Positions 11,176 to 21,416 of a stretch of DNA of 49,381 nucleotides are shown here, piece by piece (the stretch's first letter is position 1; every line of letters starts with the position of its first letter). This DNA comes from Cyanobacteriota bacterium (lineage in GTDB: Bacteria; Cyanobacteriota; Cyanobacteriia; Cyanobacteriales; Nostocaceae). The notes under the pieces were generated by a model. That model worked only from the letters and a program-made list of their open reading frames with translations. It did not search any database and had not been told where the DNA came from. The translations under genes and the position numbers were made by a program. Location: positions 1-49,381 of the forward strand of contig JBJOKS010000032.1 of NCBI GenBank assembly GCA_046045965.1. Reading direction: 5' to 3'.

Positions 11176-11997
11176 TTATGAATTATCTAACTTACCCAGT
11201 AATTGCTGAATTACATCTGCATCTTCAGCATCGGGAACCTTAGTCAAATAACTTTGTAAGTCCTCCACAGCTTGGGTAAAATAACCAAGTTGATAATAAA
11301 GCAGACCTCTGTCTCTCAATTCCAAACTGACACCAGGAAACAATAACAAAATTCTTTCTACTACAGATAGAGTTTTTGCTAAATTTTGTTGTTGCAAGTA
11401 AATATATTTTAAATTCGTTAGCATTCGCGCTAAAAACTGCCGCTTACTCACAACATCTAAAAATTCAGGCTTTAAAGTAACCGATTGCTGATAAATTTGA
11501 GATAATCTTTCTTGGCAGTCTTGGGGAAACATCACCTCACCACCATTGAAAGCATCCACAAAAATCTCGATATCTGCAATATCTGGGCGGATTAAAAAAT
11601 GTCCAGGCATTCCTATTCCCACCATTGGGAAATCAATGCGTTTTGCTACCTCTACATAAACCAAGGCTAAAGTAATAGGAATACCCGTTCTGCGTTCTAT
11701 GACATCATTGAAAAAGCTATTACGCGGGTCATAATAATCTATTTTATTACCTGTAAAACCCAACTCGTCGTATAAATACTGATTAATACCTTGAATCATC
11801 CGCAGCGGATAGCGGGAAACTGGCAAGCGTTCCTCTAACTCTACTGCCATTGTATCAAGAGCATTGAGGTATTCTTCCGGATCAAGATCGGGATATTCTT
11901 CCTGGGCAATATACAAAGCTGCTCTGGCTAAGTTAATATACTCGTCAGGTTGTTGGATTTCTTGGTAAAAATACTGTCGTGCTGACGAGAAATTCAT
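11176..11997 (-). CDS. SirB1 / transglutaminase-like protein with C-terminal TPR
   Basis: YYDPRNSF, RTGIPITL, GMPGHFL, VDAFNGG and RDRGLLY motifs. Confidence 0.93.
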   Translation of the reverse strand: MNFSSARQYFYQEIQQPDEYINLARAALYIAQEEYPDLDPEEYLNALDTMAVELEERLPVSRYPLRMIQGINQYLYDELGFTGNKIDYYDPRNSFFNDVIERRTGIPITLALVYVEVAKRIDFPMVGIGMPGHFLIRPDIADIEIFVDAFNGGEVMFPQDCQERLSQIYQQSVTLKPEFLDVVSKRQFLARMLTNLKYIYLQQQNLAKTLSVVERILLLFPGVSLELRDRGLLYYQLGYFTQAVEDLQSYLTKVPDAEDADVIQQLLGKLDNS

Positions 11998-12101
11998 AAG
12001 CAGTAGGCATGAGGCGACATAACTCTTATTTTAAGGCAATTGAGTCAGTTTGGAGCTATCGGCTCTCAAAATCGTATTTATACAAAATTTGTAGCAATAC
12101 A

Positions 12102-12234
12102 ACTACCTCGCCCGCTGAAGGAAAGTTAACGCTTGGGGAGAGAACCACCTCGCTTGTTAGACACCGCAAGGGATCTAATCTAAGTGGACTCGTTGAACCA
12201 AGAATCCCCGCACCTTTAGGTCGGGGAGTGTCAA
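12102..12234 (+). ncRNA. Orphan IS200/IS605 right end / TnpB omegaRNA scaffold with no tnpB ORF
   Basis: AACGCTTGGGGAGA...GACTCGTTGAACCAAGAATCCCCGCACCTTTAGGTCGGGGAGTGTCAA: GAAT guide, subterminal hairpin and TCAA end as in IS608-type right ends. Translates to the typical tnpB tail NAWGE...SLNQESPHL*..ECQ. Confidence 0.8.
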
Positions 12235-12241
12235 GCAGCCC

Positions 12242-12274
12242 AGATCCCGGACTTCTTCAACAAGCCGGGGATCT
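12242..12274. repeat. Small dispersed palindromic repeat (AGATCCCGGACTT...AAGCCGGGGATCT)
   Basis: Imperfect inverted repeat; related copies at 34735-34763 and 41265-41294. Confidence 0.8.
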
Positions 12275-12390
12275 AGTTTTGGATCTAGTTTTAATAATGA
12301 ATTTAAGGCAAAGAAGGGATCATTCAGTGCTAACCTAAAAGATGATATTGCTTGATCTTATGGTCTTTGAAGACCAACTCTGAAAAATAG

Positions 12391-13860
<1,470 letters not shown>

Positions 13861-13866
13861 TCAAGT

Positions 13867-14002
13867 GAACAGGGAACAGGGAACAGGGAACAGAAGGCAA
13901 AAGGCAAGAGGCAAAAGGCAAAAGTTAATATTTTACCCATGCACTCTACCCCTTGCACCTCCGCTTTCTTCACTGTCACCTGTCACCTGTCAACTGTCAC
14001 CT
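13867..14002. repeat. Composite STRR element (AGGGAAC, AAAAGGC, TGTCACC units around AAAAGTTAATATT core)
   Basis: Tandem heptamers; core and tail shared with 27925-28008. Confidence 0.8.
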
Positions 14003-14027
14003 AATTACTAAGTAGAAACTAAAGAAT

Positions 14028-14441
14028 ATGACTCTGACCGTTCGTGTAATTTCCCCAGATAAGACTGTCTGGGATGCTCCAGCTGATGAAGTAATTTTAC
14101 CTAGCACTACTGGTCAGTTGGGTGTTTTAAGTGGACACGCTCCCATGTTGACAGCATTGGATACAGGTGTAATGCGTGTTCGTGCCAGCAAAACTGCTAA
14201 TTGGCAAGCGATCGCTCTTTTGGGTGGTTTTGCTGAAGTTGATGAAGATGAAGTTACCGTTCTTGTGAATGGTGCTGAACGTGGCGATGCTATTAATTTA
14301 GAAGAAGCCCGCAAAGCTTTCAACGAAGCACAAACAAAATTAAACCAAGCTCCCGCAGGGGATAGACAGGCTCAAATTCAAGCAACTAAAGCCTTTAAAC
14401 GCGCTCGCGCTCGGTTTCAAGCATCCGGCGGTTTGGTATAA
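14028..14441 (+). CDS. atpC: F0F1 ATP synthase subunit epsilon
   Basis: [16 protein letters not shown] and GGFAEV motifs; follows the beta subunit. Confidence 0.99.
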   Translation: MTLTVRVISPDKTVWDAPADEVILPSTTGQLGVLSGHAPMLTALDTGVMRVRASKTANWQAIALLGGFAEVDEDEVTVLVNGAERGDAINLEEARKAFNEAQTKLNQAPAGDRQAQIQATKAFKRARARFQASGGLV

Positions 14442-14491
14442 ACAAAGCAGGAGACAAAAGGAGGATTGATCATAGAATTCTCCAATAAAAA

Positions 14492-14523
14492 TTGTAGAGA
14501 CGTTCCAGGGAGCGTCTCTACAA
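14492..14523. repeat. GTAG-type REP-like hairpin between convergent genes; possible bidirectional terminator
   Basis: TTGTAGAGACG...CGTCTCTACAA perfect 11-bp inverted repeat. Confidence 0.75.
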
Positions 14524-14593
14524 AGTCTCTACAAAGATTGGGTAGTAATTAATAATTAATAATTACCAATTACCAATTACCAAACTAAAACAA

Positions 14594-14893
14594 TTAGGCG
14601 CTACCTGTGAAGGCGACTTCAGGAAACTTCAACTGCGCTTCTGCCATCGGGCGGTTTCTGCCTTCTTCTTGCCAGTAGTTGATCACTTCTGTTGCTTTGT
14701 TCAACAATTCGACGCGATCAATGTCAGTGATCCAGTGTTTGGATTCTAACTCTTTTTTCAGTTCTTCCCAAGCATCATTACGAGGCCAGAAGAAGTATTT
14801 AGTTAAGGGACTTGTGCCTTTACCGACAACTTGATCGACTGCTAAGGCTACATTCTCATCTAACCAGAGAATTTTTAAGATAAATTTGGTCAA
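14594..14893 (-). CDS. ycf65: 30S ribosomal protein PSRP-3 / Ycf65
   Basis: [18 protein letters not shown] signature; TTG start preceded by GGAGG. Confidence 0.93.
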   Translation of the reverse strand: MTKFILKILWLDENVALAVDQVVGKGTSPLTKYFFWPRNDAWEELKKELESKHWITDIDRVELLNKATEVINYWQEEGRNRPMAEAQLKFPEVAFTGSA

Positions 14894-15108
14894 TCGTACC
14901 TCCGGGACAAATCCGGCTATGACTTACTAAGTTTGCGACCCCTTATTGTAACTTAATATTGGCTCTTTTGACCAATGAGTATTGTCAAACATTGGGTTTG
15001 ATTTTTGGTGGATAATATCTGATATGGGATTTTGCTTAACTCTTTTCGTTGAATGAGCGGATGGATAGGTGTTAAAAAATCAATGTCCCCAAAAATGCCT
15101 AGCAAAAA

Positions 15109-15159
15109 CCGCCTGAGAATGAATTCTCAGGCCAATATCACAAGTCATCTCCAGACGAC
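15109..15159. repeat. Two-hairpin dispersed repeat (REP/IS200-like)
   Basis: GCCTGAGAAT-GA-ATTCTCAGGC perfect 10-bp stem, then a GTCATCT-CC-AGACGAC imperfect stem; downstream of murG. Confidence 0.65.
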
Positions 15160-15221
15160 AAAGAAAAAATAAATCTTGAATTACTTTGCTCCTTTGCGCC
15201 TTTGCGCGAAAAAAAATTAAA

Positions 15222-16295
15222 TTAGCCTACAAATATTTCCCGTACCAAAACAGCCAATTGATCAGCACTATCAGGAACAGCGATCGCTTTTGCCTTCTCA
15301 CCCATCTTTGCCAAATCTGCTGGAGATTGCAACAACGCTAAAACCTGCCTTTGCAAAATTTCCGGTGTCAACTCCGACTGCTTAAAACTCAAAGCCGCAC
15401 CAACATCAGTAAACACCGCCGCATTGAAAGATTGATGATCTTCAGCTGCAAAAGGATAGGGAATCAAAATTGCTGGAGTACCACACACCGCCAACTCCGT
15501 TAAACTCCCCGCACCAGAACGACTAATAGCTAAATTAGCCCGTCGCAACAAAGCCGCCATATTATCGTAAAATGGTAATGGTATATACTGGGGATGTTGG
15601 AGAATATCCGCATCTGGATCTCGATCACCAGTTAAATGTACTATATAAGCACCAGCATCAAACCAAGCGGGTGCAGAATGACGCACCAATTGATTAACCG
15701 CCACAGCACCTTGACTACCGCCAAAAACCACAATTAAAGGTACACCATCAGGAATAGGTAAATCTAAACCTTGATCAATTCCTGGATCTAAGAATTGCGA
15801 TCGCACAGGAGTACCCACACAGACAGTTTTAGCACGGGGTAAATACTTAGCAGCCACATCAAAACCCACAGCCACCGCACTGCACCAGGGTCCAAAAAAT
15901 CGCGTCACCTTACCTGGTAAAGCATTCGACTCATGAAAAATCACCGGTAAACCCAAAGAACGAGCCGCAATTACCGCAGGACCAGCAATATAACCACCTG
16001 TAGTCAATAATCCCTGGAAATTTCCTTGTTTGAGAATGCGTCTCACCTGGAAAATTGCCCCGATGAGCTTAAATAAGATCCCCACAGAAGAAAGACTCAA
16101 ACCCTGTTGAAACCCTTCTACAGCGATGGTATTCAAAGGATATTGCTTGGGGACAAGCTGAGTTTCCAGTCTATTGGGGACACCAAGCCATTCAATTTCA
16201 TATTCTTGTAATTTATCAGTCAGAGCGATCGCTGGAAACAAATGTCCACCAGTCCCACTAGCAGCTATAAGTAATTTTAATCGTGCGTTTGGCAT
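15222..16295 (-). CDS. murG: Undecaprenyl-PP-MurNAc-pentapeptide GlcNAc transferase
   Basis: SGTGGHLFP, TGGY, HESNALPG, GGSQGA and SRSGAG motifs. Confidence 0.98.
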   Translation of the reverse strand: MPNARLKLLIAASGTGGHLFPAIALTDKLQEYEIEWLGVPNRLETQLVPKQYPLNTIAVEGFQQGLSLSSVGILFKLIGAIFQVRRILKQGNFQGLLTTGGYIAGPAVIAARSLGLPVIFHESNALPGKVTRFFGPWCSAVAVGFDVAAKYLPRAKTVCVGTPVRSQFLDPGIDQGLDLPIPDGVPLIVVFGGSQGAVAVNQLVRHSAPAWFDAGAYIVHLTGDRDPDADILQHPQYIPLPFYDNMAALLRRANLAISRSGAGSLTELAVCGTPAILIPYPFAAEDHQSFNAAVFTDVGAALSFKQSELTPEILQRQVLALLQSPADLAKMGEKAKAIAVPDSADQLAVLVREIFVG

Positions 16296-16654
16296 TGAAA
16301 GCTATATTTCCTAAAACCATCGAAATATATACAGCAGATAGCAGATCAATGAGGTACAGAATCAAAATTGCAACCTATACACATTCGCCTGTTTTACTCC
16401 TGACTCCTGATAGCGTAGCGTGGCGTAAGCCATATTCTGCTGTAATCATGCAATTAGTTTACTTGGAGTCATCCCATTTTGGATTTTAGATTTTAGATTT
16501 TGGATTGACCCCATCTGTTGAGAACTTGGTAAACTGTATCACCAGAGTAATCGCTTTCAGCTAAAATCAAGGTAAGGGAATAATTTTGGAGTTCATGGCC
16601 TTGTTGATCAACAAATTCCTGACCTTTTGAGATTAAATCAGTAAACTATGATTA

Positions 16655-17467
16655 ATGACTAATATTATTGATTTATTAATGAACCACAACAAAACATTTA
16701 CTGGTAGTATTTCCCTGTTGTCCTTCCTCATGACACTGAATTTAAGCAGTAATGGGCAATTTGCTCAAGCTGCTAAACCGGAAAATGCCCCCCCAGCACT
16801 CAAAAACCTAATTACACAAATTGACACAGCCTCTAGTCGGGGTGACATTAAAGGCGTAATGCAATTTTACAGCCCCAAATTCACTCACGGGGATGGATTA
16901 AACCGCCAAACAATGGAACAAGCTTTAACATCTTTCTGGCAGCGGTATCCTCAACTACGTTACAACACAAAGCTGCAATCTTGGAAATCAGAAGGGAACA
17001 CCATCATAGCCGAAACAGTCACCACGATCACAGGTTTACCTTCTGCTAACAGCAATAATCTAGCTCTCAATGCCACGATTATCTCCCGTCAGCGCATTGC
17101 AGGGACAAAAATACTGCGTCAAGAAATTTTATCAGAACGTACCCAACTAACCTCCGGTAACAAACCACCCCAATTAGAAATTAAATTACCACAACAGGTA
17201 AAAGTTGGTCAGAAATACAGCTTTGATGCTATTGTTCAAGAACCTTTAGGCGATGATTTCTTGTTGGGAAGCGCCATAGAAGAAACTATCCAACCCAGCA
17301 AATATCTCAACCCCACACCAGTAAACCTAGAATTACTCAATGCGGGTGGACTGTTTAAAACCGGAACCGCACCATCCACGCCCGGACAACAATGGATTTC
17401 TGCGGTCATTCTGCGTAATGATGGCATGACAATGATTACTCAGCGTCTACAAGTATTGAAAAAGTAG
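16655..17467 (+). CDS. Exported NTF2/SnoaL-like domain protein
   Basis: Signal-peptide-like N-terminus (AQA); MQFYSPKFTHGDG NTF2-like segment. Confidence 0.75.
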   Translation: MTNIIDLLMNHNKTFTGSISLLSFLMTLNLSSNGQFAQAAKPENAPPALKNLITQIDTASSRGDIKGVMQFYSPKFTHGDGLNRQTMEQALTSFWQRYPQLRYNTKLQSWKSEGNTIIAETVTTITGLPSANSNNLALNATIISRQRIAGTKILRQEILSERTQLTSGNKPPQLEIKLPQQVKVGQKYSFDAIVQEPLGDDFLLGSAIEETIQPSKYLNPTPVNLELLNAGGLFKTGTAPSTPGQQWISAVILRNDGMTMITQRLQVLKK

Positions 17468-17535
17468 GACTCATTTGAGGATCGGGGATCGGGAAAAAGA
17501 CAAATTCCGTCCCTCTTCATCATCTTTAAAATTTG

Positions 17536-17621
17536 TCAGGACTTACACAAAAATCTCTAAAACCCTCTTTCCTTTGTCTCCTTTGCGGTTAGTTTCCTCA
17601 TGCTCTCAGTGTAAGTCCTGA
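17536..17621. mobile_element. 86-bp MITE-like element
   Basis: Perfect 13-bp terminal inverted repeats TCAGGACTTACAC / GTGTAAGTCCTGA; non-coding interior; no clear target duplication. Confidence 0.75.
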
Positions 17622-17756
17622 TACAGATATTGTTCGGCTCAAAATTTGTTTGATTAAAATGGGTGAAAAACGAAAAATACAAGGAGTCAAAACGATCAGA
17701 AAAGAAAATAGACCTCTTGCAGAATTGCTATTTAATAAACTACAAAAATCTAACTA

Positions 17757-18374
17757 TTAACGTCCATCAGGATTCCATTTTTCCAAAGCTATATATTCAT
17801 TCTCCACCAAATCCAAAGGCTCAATAACACCGCTAGAACTGGAAACTCTAAACCAATAAACCGGACTGGTAGTTTTATCAGGATGATTTTCAAACACTCT
17901 CACTATATAAAAAGGTGCATTGGTACTAGGAAAACTATCAACAACAGCCGCAACACGTATACTGCCTTGAGAAAGATTTTCAATTTCTTTAGCTTTACGT
18001 TGTACTTGTGGGAGGTTCCAGACAGAATTGAAAGCTTTTTGTTGATCTATTTTGATGTTAGGTTTGATGCTAGGAACAGACACTTTTACAGGAGTAGCTG
18101 TGTTTACTCTTTCTAAAGATGGCGAGTCAACTAAACTTTGATAACGATGATTTTGATCAAGATTATTGATTGCGTATCCTCCTAGTAATCCCACCATAAA
18201 AGCAGCGATTACATGATAGTAAGTGAATTGTTTTGGAGGCGAATAAGTGAATTTTTTTTGGGGGGAATAAGTTAATTTTTTTTGAGGGTAATAGCTGAAT
18301 TGTTTCCTATGGTAATAGGCTAATTGATTGTGAGGGTAATAGGTTAATTGTTTCTTAGTGTTACCCCTAAGCAT
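17757..18374 (-). CDS. Single-pass membrane protein with six Tyr-rich 8-aa N-terminal repeats (start revised to 18374)
   Basis: GGAGGTG SD upstream of ATG at 18374; 24-bp repeats; TM segment VIAAFMVGLLGGYAI. Confidence 0.8.
   Translation of the reverse strand: MLRGNTKKQLTYYPHNQLAYYHRKQFSYYPQKKLTYSPQKKFTYSPPKQFTYYHVIAAFMVGLLGGYAINNLDQNHRYQSLVDSPSLERVNTATPVKVSVPSIKPNIKIDQQKAFNSVWNLPQVQRKAKEIENLSQGSIRVAAVVDSFPSTNAPFYIVRVFENHPDKTTSPVYWFRVSSSSGVIEPLDLVENEYIALEKWNPDGR
18210..18353 (-). repeat. Six degenerate 24-bp coding tandem repeats
   Basis: Encodes KQLTYYPH NQLAYYHR KQFSYYPQ KKLTYSPQ KKFTYSPP KQFTYYHV. Confidence 0.85.
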
Positions 18375-18746
18375 AATGATGCACCTCCGTAATCGTGTTA
18401 TTTTTATCCCTATGTAACCATGATACCAGGGGTTGTACCCCTTGTGTCTAGTTTTTACAAGAATATAGATGTTGTTGTACTTAGACAGATAGGGGTAAAT
18501 CCATAAATTTTTAACCCGTCTTCTATCTACAGGAGGAGAGAATATAGCGATCCCCGCCTCATACCATCCTACAACTAATCTCATATGTGTGGGGAGGGGT
18601 GATCCTCTATCCAGTCATGATCCCCGCTCATATCCTATGCAGTTGCAGACTTCAGAGGCAGAATTTTTTGATCTAACACCTCTGAATCTATTAAAATTGA
18701 TGGTTAATTGGGTTTAACCTCTGGAAAAAAGCTATTACCTGTGACG

Positions 18747-19535
18747 ATGACTAAACAAACAAATATAATTATCGTTTTCGATATTGATGGTGTAATTCGT
18801 GATGTTGGCGGTTCTTATCGTCGCGCTTTAGCAGATACCGTAGAATATTTTACTAATCAAGCTTATCGTCCCACAGATGTAGATATTGATAACCTCAAAT
18901 CTGAAGGAATTTGGAATAATGACTGGGAAGGTTCTCAAGAATTAATTTACCGTCACTTTGTTAGCCAGGGAAAAACTAGGGAACAATTACAATTAAATTA
19001 TGAAAACATTGTCACCTATTTTCAATCTCGTTATCGCGGAACAGATCCAGAAAATTGGAATGGCTATATTTGTCATGAACCTTTATTATTACAACCAAGC
19101 TATTTAGAAACACTGACACAAGCAAATATTAGTTGGGGATTTTTTAGCGGTGCTACTCGCGGTTCTGCTACTTATATTTTAGAAAAACGTTTGGGTTTAA
19201 AATCTCCGGTTTTAATTGCTATGGAAGATGCACCCGGTAAACCTGACCCTACGGGACTTTTTGCTACTATTAACTTATTAGAAAATGGTGGAGATAAAAA
19301 ACAAACGGTGATTTATGTGGGTGATACAGTAGCAGATATGCACACTGTCGAAAAAGCCAAGATTTTAGATAATTCTCGCACTTGGGTAGGGGTGGGAGTT
19401 TTACCACCTCACGTACAGGAAACAGCAGTAAGACGGGATGCTTATGCTGAGACGCTGATGAAAGCAGGAGCAAAGATAGTATTTAGTAATGTGCAGGAAT
19501 TGACACCGGATGAAATTTTGGGGTGGGAAAGGTGA
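18747..19535 (+). CDS. HAD-superfamily hydrolase, TIGR01548-like
   Basis: FDIDGV, KPDP and YVGDTVADM motifs; ATG at 18747 preferred to the upstream TTG. Confidence 0.9.
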   Translation: MTKQTNIIIVFDIDGVIRDVGGSYRRALADTVEYFTNQAYRPTDVDIDNLKSEGIWNNDWEGSQELIYRHFVSQGKTREQLQLNYENIVTYFQSRYRGTDPENWNGYICHEPLLLQPSYLETLTQANISWGFFSGATRGSATYILEKRLGLKSPVLIAMEDAPGKPDPTGLFATINLLENGGDKKQTVIYVGDTVADMHTVEKAKILDNSRTWVGVGVLPPHVQETAVRRDAYAETLMKAGAKIVFSNVQELTPDEILGWER

Positions 19536-19593
19536 TACTCTAAATTAATGTTTGAAAATAATTAGTATTGCCATTATGGGGAGATGAATTGAG

Positions 19594-20979
19594 ATGTCTG
19601 TTGTTAAAGAACCTAAAAAACCCCATTTATCTTTACTCCAGAAGATTAAATGGATTACTAAACCTGTGGAATTGCTAGAAACCTATGCTCAAGAATATGG
19701 CGATATTTTTATTCTCCCAATTGGTGCAGGAAGCCGACCTCAAGTATTAATTAGTAATCCCCAAGGCATTCAGCAGATTTTTACTGCTGATTCAAAATAT
19801 TTAGATTCTGGTGAGGTAGCAGGAGTAAAACCCCCTTTTTTGGGACAACAATCATTGATTGCTCTTTCTGGAGAGCCTCATAAACGACAGCGTAAACTTT
19901 TAACACCTCCCTTTCATGGGGAACGGATGCTGGCCTATGGTCAACTAATCGCCAAAATAGCTGAAGAAGTGACTAACCAATGGGCGATTAATAAACCTTT
20001 TGCAGTCCGTTCTTCTATGCAAGAAATTACATTTCAGGTGATTTTGAAAGCCGTATTTGGTCTTGAGGATGGACTACGTTATGAACAACTAAGTAAACTC
20101 CTTTCTACAAGATTAGAAGGAGGACAATCTGTGTTGAGGGCAATTTTGCTTTTATTTCCCGTACTGCAAAAAGATTGGGGTCCATTGAGTCCCTGGGGAC
20201 AGTTGATGGAAAATGAAAGACAAATAGATAAACTCATCTATGCTGAAATTGAAGAACGTCGTCAAAAACCTGATCCATCACGCACAGATATCCTCTCTTT
20301 AATGATGGCATCTCGTGATGAAGCTGGTGAGCCAATGACAGATGTAGAATTGCGGGATGAATTAATTACTCTTTTGATAGCAGGTCACGAAACTACAGCA
20401 ACTTCTTTGGCATGGGCATTATATTGGATTCACCATGAGCCAAAAGTATATGAGAAACTGATAGAAGAAATTGATTCTTTGAGTGATAAAACTGATATCA
20501 ATACTATCCTTCGATTACCATACCTGGATGCTGTTTGTAAAGAAACGCTGCGGATTTACCCAGTGACTATGTTTGCGTTTCCCAGAATGGTGAAATCAGC
20601 AATACAAATCTTAGATTATCACTTTGAACCTGGTACAATAATTTCTCCTTGTATTTATCTCACTCATCATCGAGAAGACTTATATCCTGAGTCGAAAAAG
20701 TTCAAACCAGAGCGTTTTTTAGAACGTCAATTTTCACCCTATGAATATTTACCATTTGGTGGTGGCAACCGTCGTTGTATTGGCATGGCATTTGCTCAAT
20801 TTGAGATGAAACTGATTTTGACAAATGTATTGTCTCGATGGCAGTTAGCATTAATTAACAGTCAACCTGTAAAACCAGTACGTCGGGGTTTGTTGTTAGC
20901 TCCACCGGATAGTTTACGAATGGTAGCGAAAGGGAGAAAAGAGGAAAATCAAAGGGTTGTACAAACTAGCGTTATTTGA
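19594..20979 (+). CDS. Cytochrome P450 (CYP110-like)
   Basis: AGHETT, KETLR (ExxR), PERF and PFGGGNRRCIG heme motifs. Confidence 0.96.
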   Translation: MSVVKEPKKPHLSLLQKIKWITKPVELLETYAQEYGDIFILPIGAGSRPQVLISNPQGIQQIFTADSKYLDSGEVAGVKPPFLGQQSLIALSGEPHKRQRKLLTPPFHGERMLAYGQLIAKIAEEVTNQWAINKPFAVRSSMQEITFQVILKAVFGLEDGLRYEQLSKLLSTRLEGGQSVLRAILLLFPVLQKDWGPLSPWGQLMENERQIDKLIYAEIEERRQKPDPSRTDILSLMMASRDEAGEPMTDVELRDELITLLIAGHETTATSLAWALYWIHHEPKVYEKLIEEIDSLSDKTDINTILRLPYLDAVCKETLRIYPVTMFAFPRMVKSAIQILDYHFEPGTIISPCIYLTHHREDLYPESKKFKPERFLERQFSPYEYLPFGGGNRRCIGMAFAQFEMKLILTNVLSRWQLALINSQPVKPVRRGLLLAPPDSLRMVAKGRKEENQRVVQTSVI

Positions 20980-21027
20980 GAGTACAGTTTTTTAGTGAAA
21001 TAAGTTGTTGTCAGGGTGGCATTTACC

Positions 21028-21195
21028 ATGAAAGATGTTGCAAGTTTGGTAGACGAAATTGTAAAAGGAAAGGGTTATGTTCTCATTCCTGATGTTTTAA
21101 GCTCAAGTCAAGCTGAAGAAGCTAGAGCCAATGTACTTAAAATTGTCGAAAAAGAGAAACTTGAAGGAAAAGTTTTACTGGATGGGTTTGTCTAA
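21028..21195 (+). pseudogene. Truncated PhyH-like (2OG/Fe) dioxygenase N-terminus, 55 aa
   Basis: MKDVASLVDEIVKGKGYVLIPDVLSSSQAEEAR matches the GYxxIxDVLS start of the family; stops before any HxD motif. Confidence 0.6.
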
Positions 21196-21237
21196 AGATG
21201 TCAACAGAATCAGAAGAGGAGTTTGGAATTAACTAAA

Positions 21238-21342
21238 TACGGCGGATTCTTGTGTTATGAGGTACACTCTAACCTTCTTGTTTTTTGACTTTTACTTCTG
21301 TCTGAAAATAAAGTGTACCTTATTAAACCGGGAAGTGCTGTA
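21238..21342. mobile_element. 105-bp IS630-type MITE
   Basis: TA at both ends; imperfect ~30-bp TIRs with inner AGGTACACT/AGTGTACCT match. Confidence 0.65.
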
Positions 21343-21416
21343 TCAATAATCGTTTTTTAACTTCCTTCCCAGAAATGCTTAATTTGTACAATACATAAGT
21401 CCTATATTCCTATTTT

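Noticed and set aside
12009..12338. 109-aa ORF upstream of atpD
   Set aside because: It runs through the omegaRNA/right-end and palindromic repeat sequence and has no protein-like features; likely a chance ORF.
18210..18353. Possible CRISPR-like array
   Set aside because: The 24-bp units are contiguous with no spacers, in frame in a CDS, and no cas genes are present.
18415..18427. Possible NtcA box (GTAACCATGATAC); also the GTA-N4-TAC motifs at 12074-12100
   Set aside because: Spacing is N7 or N4, not the GTA-N8-TAC consensus.
18375..18584. 5' extension of the 275-aa ORF
   Set aside because: A strong SD precedes ATG 18374; the extension reads like promoter DNA.
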